Shown here in pieces: positions 36,653 through 49,800 of a stretch of DNA of 64,000 nucleotides; position 1 is the stretch's first letter; every line of letters begins with the position of its first letter. The stretch lies in NCBI GenBank assembly GCA_002269645.1, contig NIVC01002741.1, forward strand, positions 62,001 to 126,000. Direction: 5' to 3'. This stretch comes from Macrostomum lignano (Eukaryota). The notes under the pieces were generated by a model, which worked only from the letters and a program-made list of their open reading frames with translations, was not told the origin of the DNA and ran no database searches. The translations under genes and the position numbers were made by a program.

Positions 36653-36819
36653 GGCTGGTGAGTGTTTGGCTGCGGGCAGTGGGGACCGATATATTACTGC
36701 TGGGAATTATAGCTGCCCATTATACTACTTACAGACATAACACACAGGAGCAGTAGTCTAACGTAAACATTAATTAGTAATAACAAACCATACACATGGT
36801 TAACCCAGCCCAGCCAAGG

Positions 36820-37470
36820 TTAAGTTGCAAAAATGCCCACCCAAAATAGATTGATTACTAATTAGATGTCGAGGCATTTAGCCCTAATAATAGAGTCATA
36901 GTTACTTCTACTGTTTACACAAAATTAAATTATTGCCTGCTTATGTTTTTTATAGGCAAGTCAAATTTTTGGTAAAAAAGTAAGTAGCACTGCCTGTGTA
37001 AATCAGTGGGTTGCACATGTATGCAACAAATAGAATTGAAAAATATGATATTTATATTAAAATGGCCACAGAGCTCACACAAATAATCATAAGGGTTAAT
37101 CCATAGGTCTGTTCTGAAATTTCTTTTTTATCTGAGATTTCTAACTTGTAAAGCACTAAGCAGTTAGAAACAACTCATACATGCGCAACAGTCGGCCGAG
37201 TCGGCCAATCTGGCCAACCGATTTGGCGGCCAACCAAGGAAGTTGCAAAAATGCCCACCCAAAAAACACCCAAGTAGTAGTACTAAGTAGCTGATGAGGC
37301 ATTTTGGCTTAATAAGACAGTCATAGTTACTCCTGCTGTTTACTCAAAGTTGCGTTAATTTTGCTTTAGGGTTTTTTTACATGTAAGTTGCATTTTTGGC
37401 CAAAAACTATGCCGCATTTTTGTTAAAACTCAGTCGCACGGCCGACTGAATTTTAGAGGTTGAGCATGTA
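36820..37470. repeat. Diverged direct duplication (~200 bp, ~415 bp apart)
   Basis: aagttgcaaaaatgcccacccaaaa ... gaggcattt ... agtcatagttact.ct.ctgtttac.caaa at ~36820-37030 and ~37235-37470. Confidence 0.75.
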
Positions 37471-38859
37471 TGAAAATACTGAAGAGTGCATTTAGCATTA
37501 TAGAAATTTATCATTTTAATTGGCTTCAATTAGAAAATCAATTTATTTTCTTTCTTATCTCAAAGAAAAGTATCACTAAAATCAGTGAAATATAAAGTTT
37601 CGCAATAAAGTTAATTTGGCCACCAAAAATCTCCCAACAAATATTATACTTGGGAGAACAAGCAAAGGGATAATTAGGTACTATTATGTTAACTTGAGCT
37701 CATAAAATAGAATCTGTATAACTATCACCTTGCTTTTTCTTGTCTATCCAAAGTCCAATTTTTGTCACTTGCCAAACCCAGCTTCTTAGTGTTATTGTGA
37801 ATAGAGTGACATCATTTATATATATAGGTTATTTGGGCTTCATGAGCTTAAGTTGACAGGCCTTTTCCTATTGCTTAAATGTTATTATAAAGTCTAAAAC
37901 CAAAAATGTAGCTTCTTTCATAGGTGATAAACCAAGGTTGCCATTGCCACAAGGCAAATCCATTTTTTATTGCTTTGAAGGGAAAAAGGTAGGGTGGGCT
38001 ATAGGAATAGAAATTCTCTTTATTTTTCTTATCAATTCTTTTTATCTTAATCTTTATATCTTATTTGCTAAATTATCCAGTTTAGCTTTCTAGGATAGCT
38101 TTTGAATAGTAGCCAAAATATAACATTGGGCCTATTATTAGTGATTATAGTTAATTATAGGGGGCCTAGTCAAAGTAATCATTTAAAAATTGAAAAACAT
38201 CAAGATAGTCCTCTGACTCTTCTCTATACCCTAAAAATAGAATAAATAATAATAATTTAAAGAAGTTAAAAGTTACCTCTTTTGCATAAGCAAATTTAGA
38301 GCTATATATACCTATAGGCTATGGCCACTTTAGTATATGGCTTTTTATATTGCCAAAATTTTATAACATCTAAATTCTATAACTCCTAAAATCTCTACAC
38401 TTCTTTATATTTACTTTTAGGTAGGTGGTAGGCCTAGGGCCTAATAATTAGAATAACAAAATCTAAATATAGAACTACTAAATATAAATTGAATATAAGT
38501 AAAATTTAGCTATTGCCTATTATGAAATTTTGGTGATATGAGAAAAGGATAGATTTTTAAGCCTTATGAAATTTAGGCCTTAAAGAGGCTATATTTTCCA
38601 GTTATGAAATTTAGGAGAAGCATGCAGCAAAATGTAGATATTTTAGGCATTAAAAGTTTTTTATCAAATTTTTAGCAAAAGTTGTCAAATAATATAATAA
38701 AATAAAAAATATATGAATAAGTTTACACTTAGACTTAGAGATATAAAACCATAAATAGATAAAGGATGGTCATACCAATATCTCTAATATAGAATCTAGC
38801 CTTTTTAGTCCTAGGCCTATTTTTAACACTAGAAATATAACAACTAACTCTTTTTTATG

Positions 38860-39176
38860 ACAACAGACAACAACAACAGAGTACGCTGCCAGTTCACAAA
38901 AGCAACGTCAGATGGCGTGCTTCAAAGCTTGGGCGCGAACAAAGGCCGCATCGCCGGCAGAGTCCGGGGCGCCGGCGTCAGCCAGCAGACAGTTGACGTA
39001 GCGCCGAGTCCTCGCCTGTCCCCGCCGGTAGGGTGCCTGCAACGTAAGTAGCAGCACCTCCTACATCGGCTCCGGACAGTAGGCCTCGGCGCGGATGATG
39101 TGGCCTGCCAGCTGGAGTCGCCGATGGCGCAGCAGATTGCTAGGACGGGCCAGGCCGGCGCGATGATAGAGCGCCG
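38860..39176 (-). mobile_element. 5'-truncated RTE-like non-LTR retrotransposon (ORF2 C-terminus + short 3' tail)
   Basis: GC-rich island in AT-rich DNA. Minus frame reads LYHRAGLARPSNLLRHRRLQLAGHIIRAEAYCPEPM*EVLLLTLQAPYRRGQARTRRYVNCLLADAG, the RRL.AGH..R...RRG pattern of post-RT LINE C-termini. One in-frame stop; terminal TGA at 38909-38911; (TTG)n-like tail. Confidence 0.75.
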
Positions 39177-41176
39177 TTTTTTATGAACACATGCCTAGCA
39201 TTTTTTAACATTATAGACACAGCACAGAAGCCATGCCCATAACTTATATAGGCCTTAATACTCAATACTCTATTAAAAGTAGGCTAGGGCTAGGCCTATC
39301 CTGATTATATTTAAAAAGGAAAGCCAAAAGCCAACATGGTATTTTACTTTTTAATTCAAGATGGCTATAGCCTACAATTTTATTTTACATTTAATTTTTA
39401 TATTTACTATAATTAATAATAATTTCAGCTACCCACAATGGCAAGGCCTATCTTAACTTTTGTCTTTTATCATTGATAGGCCCTACTGATAGGCCTAGGC
39501 TAAAGCTAGGCCTAGCCTAAGGAAGGATTATTGAAGCTTCAAGCTGTCTATCAAATTGCTAAATTCCAGTTAACTAGGGCCTATAAGTAATCTGCAAATT
39601 TTTGCAACATCTATGCATACGAGAGGGAAAGTCTCTGAACTTTGTTTAGAGGGTAGATAGTGAGTCAGTGACATTACATTGTGTTTTTTTATTTAGATTT
39701 TTTGACTGATACTATTCCCCTATTCAAATTCAATTGATGGCATTGTGATTTTCAACTCGGCATCCTAAATTTAGACCCAAAATGCAAAATAGCAGTGTGA
39801 TTCTGACGCTTAGAAACTATTTTCCACTGTAGAGTGTAGAGCTTAGAAATTTCTTTTGATTTCCAGCTTCAGGAAAAGCTAAAATGATTGAGTTTCATGC
39901 AGATCTCGAGAAGCGCGCGCGCGCGCGCGGTTTTTGTGAATTTTTTTACATTAAAAAAAAATACATAGTTAAACACAGTCTCCCATGTAACTTGCTTTTA
40001 AAAAAAATATAAAATTAACATGCGTTTTGAAATTTTTTTAATAAGAAATAATCTAGCCTGGATGGTGCACTTTTATGAAAATAAATAAATACTTTGTTTC
40101 TAAGAAAAGTAATCATCGTTTTTACAACATTGAATTGAATTGTCATTTCCTATTAGATCTCATCGCCTGCGGCCTGCCCCGATCCTTAAATTAAAAAATC
40201 GGCATTCTTTCGACCCGCGATGTGATTTTATTCTGTTTTGTTTTATGAACCTCAATAAAAATGAGTGAAAATGTATTTTTAAGTAAATAAGTATTGCAAA
40301 GTCAAAGCACTTACTTAAGTTTTGAGTTGGCCCTAGGCCTATTAACTCTTGTCTCTTGTTCATGAGTAGGGCCCTATATATTATCTTACAGACAAAATTA
40401 ACTTTCATTTTTTAAAATGTGTCACCGAATAGTCTAAACTTGTCACCGAAACCTCCAAAATTAAATTGTCACCAAAAAGGCTCTCACCGAAATGTCTTGT
40501 CATTGAAATGCCCAGGGACCCTTAAATATTATTTGGGCTCACTTTCGACTTTCTATATTTTTGTGTCCAATTCAAAATTATAATTAAAAACACTGAAAAG
40601 CAAGCTGGTGCACCAAAATGCTGGGCAACAAAAAGCACAGGCACCAAAAATCGTGAATATATTCCCCATGAGCAATGAGCAGGCACATTGCTACTAGGGA
40701 AAGAGGAAGAGGGGACATTGGATGGACATGCCAATTCAATGCTTTGTCTCCCCCACCCAGTAAAAGCTATGGGGGGACATGCCAATGTTTTGTCCTCCCC
40801 CCCACCTCACCTTGTGACTCATTGTATTAAACAAGAATTTTTCCTTAGGGTACCAAAATATAGTGCCTCCTAAATGACTCATGAGTGCCTGTGATGCTAA
40901 ATTGAGAATATAATATTGAAGTGTAAAATTGTTTAATTAAAAATTTATTATATTCAAATTGGATTAAAGCCTAGAATCTATATTACTAGACTTTACTAAA
41001 TAAAATTCAGAGAAATGAACAAAAAAGTATTAATGATATATCAACTATATAAATATATTTTATAAACTTATATAGCTATCAAGCTATGTACTAATGGTAG
41101 ATTTAAGGAGGCATATAGAGTGTGCACCCCCTGTTAAATTATAAGTTTTTTTTATAAGGAAAATACATGTTGTTAT

Positions 41177-41575
41177 TAGAGGTCGGACGGAATTGAAATC
41201 TCTAGGCGGGATCGGGATCAGGAATAATTTTTTTCTCAAGATCGGGATTAGGATTGGGATTTGAGAATCAGGATCAGGTCTTTTAGTGTATTGTCCATGT
41301 AAAGTTAAACAAAATTGAGAAAAGATTGTCAAGATCAAGAAGTAAAACACAACAAAATTGATATGAAGTTTTGTAACTAATAAAGTAAATAATGTAACGA
41401 GTACAAGTTAAAGCAAAATACTTTCAAGTAATCACAAATTCTATAAATGTTTAATAAAAAGACCTGTTCTTAAATCTCGAGTTTTTTAGGGTTGGGATTC
41501 TAGTCCCGCGGGAATTCAATTTTCTTCGGGATCCCGAGATTTCAGGATCGGGATCGGGATCCCGTCCAACCTCTA
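41177..41575. mobile_element. hAT-type MITE, 399 bp
   Basis: TIRs TAGAGGTCGGACGG / CCGTCCAACCTCTA (13/14 match). Flanks GTTGTTAT / GTTATTAT form an 8-bp TSD with 1 mismatch. Subterminal GGGATC repeats. Confidence 0.8.
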
Positions 41576-41667
41576 GTTATTATATACAAAGTGCACTAAG
41601 AACATTAATATATATATATATATTAGGCCTACCAATTTTGCATAAATATATATAACTTTAGTATTGC

Positions 41668-44008
41668 ACTAGTAGGTTGACCCACTTTGTGGGTCCCAAA
41701 CATTTTTTCAAGCAAGCACTTTTCTTGATCTTTGACAACCTGCGAGAAGACAAAAAGATCAGCCAGAGACAGCCCTCTAGAAAACAGACACCTGAAGCAG
41801 AGAAACCCAGTAGAAAGCAGGTAGCAATTTTACCCGCTCTATAGTTCTAAACAAAAGCACCATTGGTTGATTGTAACTCTTGCCATTAGACAGTTTACAA
41901 TAACACCCATTAGACAGTTACAACAGCACCCATTAGACAGTTTACAATAGCACCTGTTAGACAGTTTACAATAGCACCCGTTAGATAGTTCACAACAGCA
42001 CCCCTTAGACAGTTTACAACAGCACCCATTAGACAGTTACAACAGCACCCGTTAGACAGTTTACAATAGCACCCATTAGATAGTTACAACAGTACCCATT
42101 AGACAGTTTATAACAGCACCCATTAGACAGTTACAACAGCACCCGTTAGACAGTTACAACAGCACCCGTTAGACAGTTTACAATAGCACCTGTTAGACAG
42201 TTACAATAGTACCCGTTAGACAGTTTACAACAGCACCCGTTAGACAGTTTACAACAGCACCCGTTAGACAGTTTACAACAGCACCCGTTAGACAGTTTAT
42301 AACAGCACCCATTAGACAGTTACAACAGCACCCGTTAGACAGTTACAACAGCACCCGTTAGACAGTTTACAATAGCATCCGTTAGAAAGTTACAATAGCA
42401 CCTATTAGACAGTTTACAACAGCACCCGTTAGACAGTTTACAACAGCACCCGTTAGACAGTTTATAACAGCACCAATTAGACAGTTACAACAGCACCCAT
42501 TAGACAGTTACAACAGCACCCGTTAGACAGTTACAACAGCACCTGTTAGACAGTTATAACAGCACCCATTAGACAGTTACAACAGCACCCGTTAGACAGT
42601 TACAACAGCACCCATTAGACAGTTACAACAGCACCTGTTAGACAGTTTACAATAGCACCCATTAGACAGTTTACAACAGTACCCGTTAGACAGTTTACAA
42701 CAGCACCCATTAGACAGTTTACAACAGCACCTGTTAGACAGTTACAACAGCACCCGTTAGACAGTTACAACAGCACCCATTAGACAGTTACAACAGCACC
42801 CATAAGACAGTTACAACAGCACCCATAAGACAGTTACAACAGCACCTGTTAGACAGTTTACAATAGCACCTGTTAGACAGTTACAACAGCACCTGTTAGA
42901 CAATTACAACAGCACCTGTTAGACAGTTACAACAGCACCCGTTAGACAGTTACAACAGCACCCATTAGACAGTTACAACAACACCTGTTAGACAGTTACA
43001 ACAGCACCTGTTAGATAGTTTACAACAGCACCCGTTAGATAGTTTACAATAGCACCCATATATTGTATAAATATACGATATATTTTGCGTGTACAAATTT
43101 GAGCCCCCAAACCCAGAGGCCTCGCAATTGATAATTGCATTTGAGCGCAACTCTCTCCCTGCCCCAGCAGTGTACATAGCTGTCCATTTTCAATTGGCCC
43201 CCGGCCTACAATGTTCATATGACATACTATGATACTAACTGAATGCTGTGCTTTTCATTTTTACAATTAAAGCAAACAACTTATATCCCTGAACTCAGCG
43301 TTGCAAGATCTTTCTAGCAATATAAGTCTCTCCTCTCAAAGTTCAAAAATTGAGCAACAGTTAGCATTTGAAACTTTCTGATTTAAAGCATTGAACTATT
43401 GAGTGTACGTTCACTGCCTGCTAAAAAGGCTCGCAAGTTAATGCATTGAATTTCACTATCTGCCAGTTAGCTAGGGTCCAAGTGTACCCACGCCGCCACT
43501 GAGAATGCAACCATCCCCCCACTGGAGGGAAAATACACTGCCAAGATAGCAAAATTTTATGGTGCAATCACTAAAATTCTCTCCCCGACCATTGCCAAAG
43601 CTAAATTTTGATACCGCCTTGCAGCCAGGGGTATACACACCATTGCACATTGCCAAGTGAGCCAACAAACCCCCATTCCTTTCTGCACACAAATCAGCCT
43701 AGTTAAATGAAATACACTAGAGAGATAGGCTAGATTGCTAATGCAACCTCAATCAAGTCAGCCAAATTGGCAGTCAGGAAGCCTTTTTTTCCAACTGAGC
43801 ACGGAAATTCCGTGAACAAAAAGCAGTTTTTTGCAAATTAAACATCCTTTGCATTATCAGAAATTTTAGCAAAATCTGCCACATCACCGCCGGAAAATTT
43901 GCAAGCTAACAGTGCAAGTCCTGTGAAGATTGGTCTTGTGGTTCATTCTAAAACGTGAACTTTACAAACAGACAGACAGACAGACATAGTCAACTTTAGT
44001 TATATAGA
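41668..44008 (+). mobile_element. Probable non-autonomous Helitron/Helentron-like element carrying an internal minisatellite
   Basis: 5' ACTAG followed by a perfect hairpin GACCCAC-TTT-GTGGGTC (41679-41695). 3' end gtgcaagtcctgtgaagattggtc...(ACAG)n...ttatatag resembles DINE-1/Lep1-type ends. No coding capacity seen. Confidence 0.5.
41890..43060. repeat. 22/23-bp minisatellite
   Basis: ttagacagtt(t)acaacagcacc(c/t)g, ~50 copies. Confidence 0.97.
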
Positions 44009-46885
44009 CTTCCCAATTTAAAATTGTCTAGATTTGTATTTGCTTTACACCTAGTATTAGTATTAAAGTTAGCTTATATATTTACATACTTAGCATAGTA
44101 TCCCACTTAGTTTTCTAGATTTGCTCCCATTCTATACCCCAGATCATATAGTAGACCCTTTTATGCCCAAAAATTTAGGTGTGCATAGGTCTTGTATAGT
44201 TCCAATTGGCATGCATCATTTTTAAGAAAATAGTATCTGTGCACACTTGGTATGCACTTAAGAGAATCAAAGGGAAGAGTTATTGTAAATCTTTAGATGG
44301 ATGATTTTTTGCTATAAATAGTATTAGGCCCTACCAAAAAAGCATTAAAATCAACTACATTATTTACCAAAAAGGTTCCATTATGCAATAAAAAGGTCAT
44401 TTATTGTTATAGCATAAAAAAGGTCAATTATTGTTGCAACACTAGTATAGTTTTTAGAATAGGCGTGCACTTAATTTTTATGGCATGTGTTTTAAATTAT
44501 TCAGTTTTGTTTGGGTATACACCCAGCATGATCTGGACTATGGCTCCCATTAAGAGTGTTAATTAAATGTTGTTATAAGGGTGATTCCATATAAGCGTGG
44601 TTGGAACAATTCTAGAAGAAATGAAATAGAACTCAAAGTCATACCATTATAGAAAGTCAAGTTTGACTTTAAAAGAACAATCAACATATAATACTTTATT
44701 ATTTTGCAAATTATAGGTGCAAATACATTTTTAATGCATTTAACAACATGATAAAAAAAGTGCTGTGGTCGTAACAATAGAAAAATAGAAAAACAGGTTT
44801 TTAAAGTTTAACTAAAAATTTCTATGCACATAGTATATGCCAAACAATGAAACTTCTACAAAAAGATGTTAACATCTGTGGAACCTTTTTGAGTGCAATA
44901 TTTTAATGATTTGAGAAATTGTCTAATGGAGAAGTTGCTTATCTAACTTTGCTTGTGTGCTAGTTGTAACTGTTGTGGTCGTAACATATTTTTTTCTGTC
45001 AATTCGTTAACTTTGAAGTACCAATATTATAAAAATATAATAGATTATATGGTGGCTAATGTTTTTATCTGATTATGCAAGTATTATAATTTTATCTATA
45101 GTTTGTTTCAACCTTCCAAAGCTTTCCTTTTGTTTTTAAAAGGTACACAAAATTAATGATGTTTTCTGCTTAGAAAAATGTCCAAATTTTTACAAAAATG
45201 ACTTTTTGCAAATTGATAACATACTAATCTAACATTTTACCATTCAATTATTCTTAGATTGTATATATTGCATATTTAAAACATTTCGCAAAAAAATTGG
45301 CTGATAAGGCAATGGCAAGCAAAAATATGAGCCATAATGTTTTTTAAGAATTTAATATATATATTTTATCTTTGCTTTGGTATATATATTATATAGATTA
45401 TGTAGATAGAAAGAATATCTTTAAAAAAATAGTAAAAATATCATAGAGAAACATAGGTCATATAAAGTTTAAATAGGCATAAGCAGTTTATCTCTTAGTT
45501 CTAATAATGAATAGTTTTTTACACATGATACATCATCTTAACTATATGATACTTGATTGGTCATTTCAAGATGTTTTATTTATTACAAATGTTATATTGA
45601 TTGTTTTTAGTTCCATTTACTTAAGTTTTTAATGTTTATCATTTCAATTCAAGTTTTTAGATGCAAATTAGATATTTCTATAAAGTTATAAGATCATATA
45701 AAAAATTAAGATATTTAGGATGCAAATAGATATCAATTGTTTAGAACTATAAGTGTAATAATACATTGTTTATATGCTAGAAGAATTTATAATATTTTAA
45801 TTGAAATAGTTTTCTATAATTCTAAACAATTTGTATATTCATATCATATATATAATATATTTCCTGTTGCAAAAAAAACTAGACATGTTGTTCTTTTACC
45901 ATGAAAATAAAAATTGCAATAATTTTGTACTGAAACAAATAAAAGCAAAAATATTAAGCAAGCCTAGTTAGTATGCTAACTATTGCAAGTGAGAACATTA
46001 ATTTCAATTTAGAGTATTTTTAGTTTCCAATTTGGTGGCTGAAATAAAAATAGATTGATCATTTATAACTAAATGAAAAATTGTAGTTTAAGTAGTGATA
46101 CTGACCTTTTTGGAACAATAATGTATGTCAAGTTTTTGGAACACCCAGTATATAATACTTAACTGACCTACCAAACCTATCTAGGTGACAAGGTAGCCAA
46201 GGTAGGTATATTGTTAAACAAATCAACATGGTATCAATGATTAATAAGGTAAATAGAAAAAGTATAAAGTAAGTTCAAATAAAAAAGAAAAATATAAAAA
46301 TGCTTTAAAGAAACACTAACACAAGTGATTAAAACCAAACAAATAAAAAGAAAACATTTAACTTGTATACAAGGCAAAGCAATGTTAGAAAAGGCTCTTT
46401 AGATATAAATACAAGTACAAACATTCATATGTTCATTTTCTTGAAAACTACCATATTGTATTGGCCATGTAAAATTCAGGTTGTAAGTGTATAGATAAGT
46501 TTAAAAAACAACTTAGTTATAGAATTGACTCAGCTTAGCATTGTTTTCACCTTGGCTATTGTCCCTGATAAGTAAAAATCCCTTATCACTTTTGAGCATT
46601 GTTGAACAGCCTATATGCTTGTAGATAATGCTGTATCAGTTTGGTTTAGTTGACATCCTTTATTGCCCCTTATTATATCAATCTGTTTACTGTTGCAAAC
46701 ATGGCAGTTCACTAACCCTACATTGCTACAGTTTCTGCACACTTTTTTAATTTGCATGTCCACGCATCAAAGTGCCGACCGCCGCCCTTAGCTGCGCGCG
46801 AAGACTTCGGCCAACCGCATTGATTTATTGAGGGCACTGAGTGCACAGATCAGACCCGAGCGGCGGCCATAGCCGAGTGCCAGCA

Positions 46886-49800
46886 ATGAAACCAAATGGC
46901 GGGCCTGGTGGGCCAGCAGACTGGAGCAGCCAGATCCGGGAGGTCACGGTGTCTGCCCAGATCACCGACAGCCACCTGGTGCTGGACCTGGCCGGCGGGG
47001 CGGACAGCGGCCGGTTCTGCCTGCTGAACAGCGTGGACGAGAAGCGGTGCGTGCTGTGGCTCGGCAGCCTGCAGCCCAACAGCGTGGTGCTGGAGATCCA
47101 TGGCCACAAAGTCAGCGGTTTCACCCTGCGCGATGTCCGCGAGCTGGTGGAGAAGCTCAGCAGGAACGGGTCGCCAATCATGGTGAAGACTGTGCCAGCC
47201 GCCTGTCTGCCAACTGAGCTGCGCGATTTTCTTGGCGCCAAATTCCGGGTCGACAGCGCGGACTACGCCTTGCAGAACACTATTAGAGAGAATCTCTACC
47301 TGCGCACTGTGCCCGTGACCACCAGGAAGAAGAGGGAGCACGAGATTGATGGCGTGGACTATCAGTTCCTCACTGTTGAGCAGTTCCTGGAGATGGAGCG
47401 GTCCGGGCAGCTGCTGGAGAGCGGGCTGTACGAGGGGAACAGGTGGGTACCGTGCGGTGGGGATCAGTCATCGAGGATTAATAGACAGGGTAATGTTCAC
47501 CCATCTATCCATGCTCCGGGGGTAATGTTTACCCATCTATCCATGCTCCGGGGGTAATGTTTACCCATCTATCCATGCTCCGGGGGTAATGTTCACCCAT
47601 CAATTCATGCTCCGGGGGTAATGTTCACCCATCAATCCATGCTCCGGGGGTAATGTTCATCCATCAATCCATGCTCCGGGGGTAATGTTCACCATCTATT
47701 CATGCTCCGGGGGTAATTTTCACTTATCAATTCATGCTCCGGGGGTAATGTTCACCCATTCGCAGGTACGGCACGCCCAAGCCGTCCGCGGATGCCACCG
47801 GGCTGTTCCGCGGAGGCGATCTGGACGGAGACGTAGATGGCAGCGGCGGAGGCGGGCGGGGCATCGCGCCAGACGGTTCTATCCGCAGGCTGAGGTCGCA
47901 GTCCAGCAGCGAGGCTGTTGAAGCGGCCTCGGTGCCAGGAGGAGCCGCAGGCGGTGGTGGAGACAGCGCGGAGGACGAGGTGCTGCCAGACGGGTGGGAG
48001 AAAGTTGTGGACCCAAAGTACGGAGTGTTCTATATCGAGTGAGTCATCCTTCCGTTACTATTTGTGTTGTTTTCGCTGTTGCTGTGTGTGTTGTTATTGT
48101 TGTTGATTTTACTGTTATTGCTGTTGATTCCCAGGGCCCCAGGCTGAGGCCAGTGTTCAGAATAAGATCTGTTTGGCTTATGCAAAGTGTCGCAGTATTT
48201 GAACTTGATAAGATAAGTCAGAGTTTGGAGCTCTGGTCACGTGTGTGGCATGCTCGTCTAGATAAAATAAATATTCACGCGTTTGCATTTTATCTCACTA
48301 AACCTGAGGATGCGTATTAATATTTGTTATCAGTGCATTTTATGCTTATGCAATTATGCCTACATGGCTGAATCGGCTATGTGGTATGCGTATTTTAGTA
48401 TATCGGACTGGCATCTCAGCAACCCCTCCCGTGAGCCTTGGCATCTCAGCAACCCCTCCCGTGGGCATTGGCATCTCAGCAATTCCTCCCATGAGCCTTG
48501 GCATCTCAGCAACCCCTCCCGTGGGCCTTGGCATCTCAGCAACCCCTCCCATGAGCCTTGGCATCTCAGCAACCCCTCCCGTGAGCCTTGGCATCTCAGC
48601 AATTCCTCCCATGAGCCTTGGCATCTCAGCAACCCCTCCCGTGGGCCTTGGCATCTCAGCAACCCCTCCCATGAGCCTTGGCATCTCAGCAACCCCTCCC
48701 GTGGGCATTGGCATCTCAGCAATTCCTCCCATGAGCCTTGGCATCTCAGCAACCCCTCCTGTGGGCCTTGGCATCTCAGCAACCCCTCCCGTGGGCCTTG
48801 GCATCTCAGCAATTCCTCCTGTGGGCATTGGTATCTCAGCAACCCCTCCTGTGGGCATTGGCATCTCAGCAACCCCTCCTGTGGGCATTGGCATCTCAGC
48901 AACCCCTCCTGTGGGCATTGGCATCTCAGCAACCCCTCCTGTGGGCATTGGCATCTCAGCAACCCCTCCTGTGGGCATTGGCATCTCAGCAACCCCTCCT
49001 GTGGGCATTGGCATCTCAGCAACCCCTCCTGTGGGCATTGGCATCTCAGCAACCCCTCCTGTGGGCATTGGCATCTCAGCAACCCCTCCTGTGGGCATTG
49101 GCATCTCAGCAACCCCTCCTGTGGGCATTGGCATCTCAGCAACCCCTCCTGTGGGCATTGGCATCTCAGCAACCCCTCCTGTGGGCATTGGCATCTCAGC
49201 AACCCCTCCTGTGGGCATTGGCATCTCAGCAATTCCTCCTGTGGGCATTGGCATCTCAGCAATTCTGTGCCAGGGGCAGCAAGATGAGCAGCTGAGCTGC
49301 TGGATTTCGACTGAATAAGAGAACACGAGTCCTAGGTTCGAGTCCCGGACATTGTGCACGCTTTTTTATTGAAAGCTTCTAGTAATTGTTGATTGTTGCC
49401 AGTAGCAACACGCTGTCATGAACTGCCTGACCTCCGCAGTGCCTCGCCAGACCAGTCAAATTATTCGCTAAGAAATTCTTGGTAAGCTGGGCTGGCTATT
49501 CAGAGGCCACAGGAGGAGAAATTATTTGTATTATTGCAGCTGCAATTGAGTAGGTTTTAAACTAACCATATTATTACTGTTTTTATTGAAAACTATTTTG
49601 TTGAAATATTAATTTTAGTTGCAGCATATCTGCCACTCGCTTTGGGAAAAAATAGAGTACAAAAATCTTAAGCGCTTCGGTTTTTATGTACTTTTAATTT
49701 TGCTGATATGTTGAGAAAATACGCTTTTTAAAGCTAGGTTTTAAATGTCCGTCTCGCAGTGACTCAATAAACATGAATTCAAGAATGACAAGAACGACTT

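Noticed and set aside
39612-39925. TACGAG-starting segment resembling a mariner end, with a (CG)n run; also a Tc1-like TIR at ~46132-46151 and tgtcaccgaa subterminal repeats at 40420-40520
   Set aside because: Partner TIRs and TSDs not found; at most unassignable TE debris.
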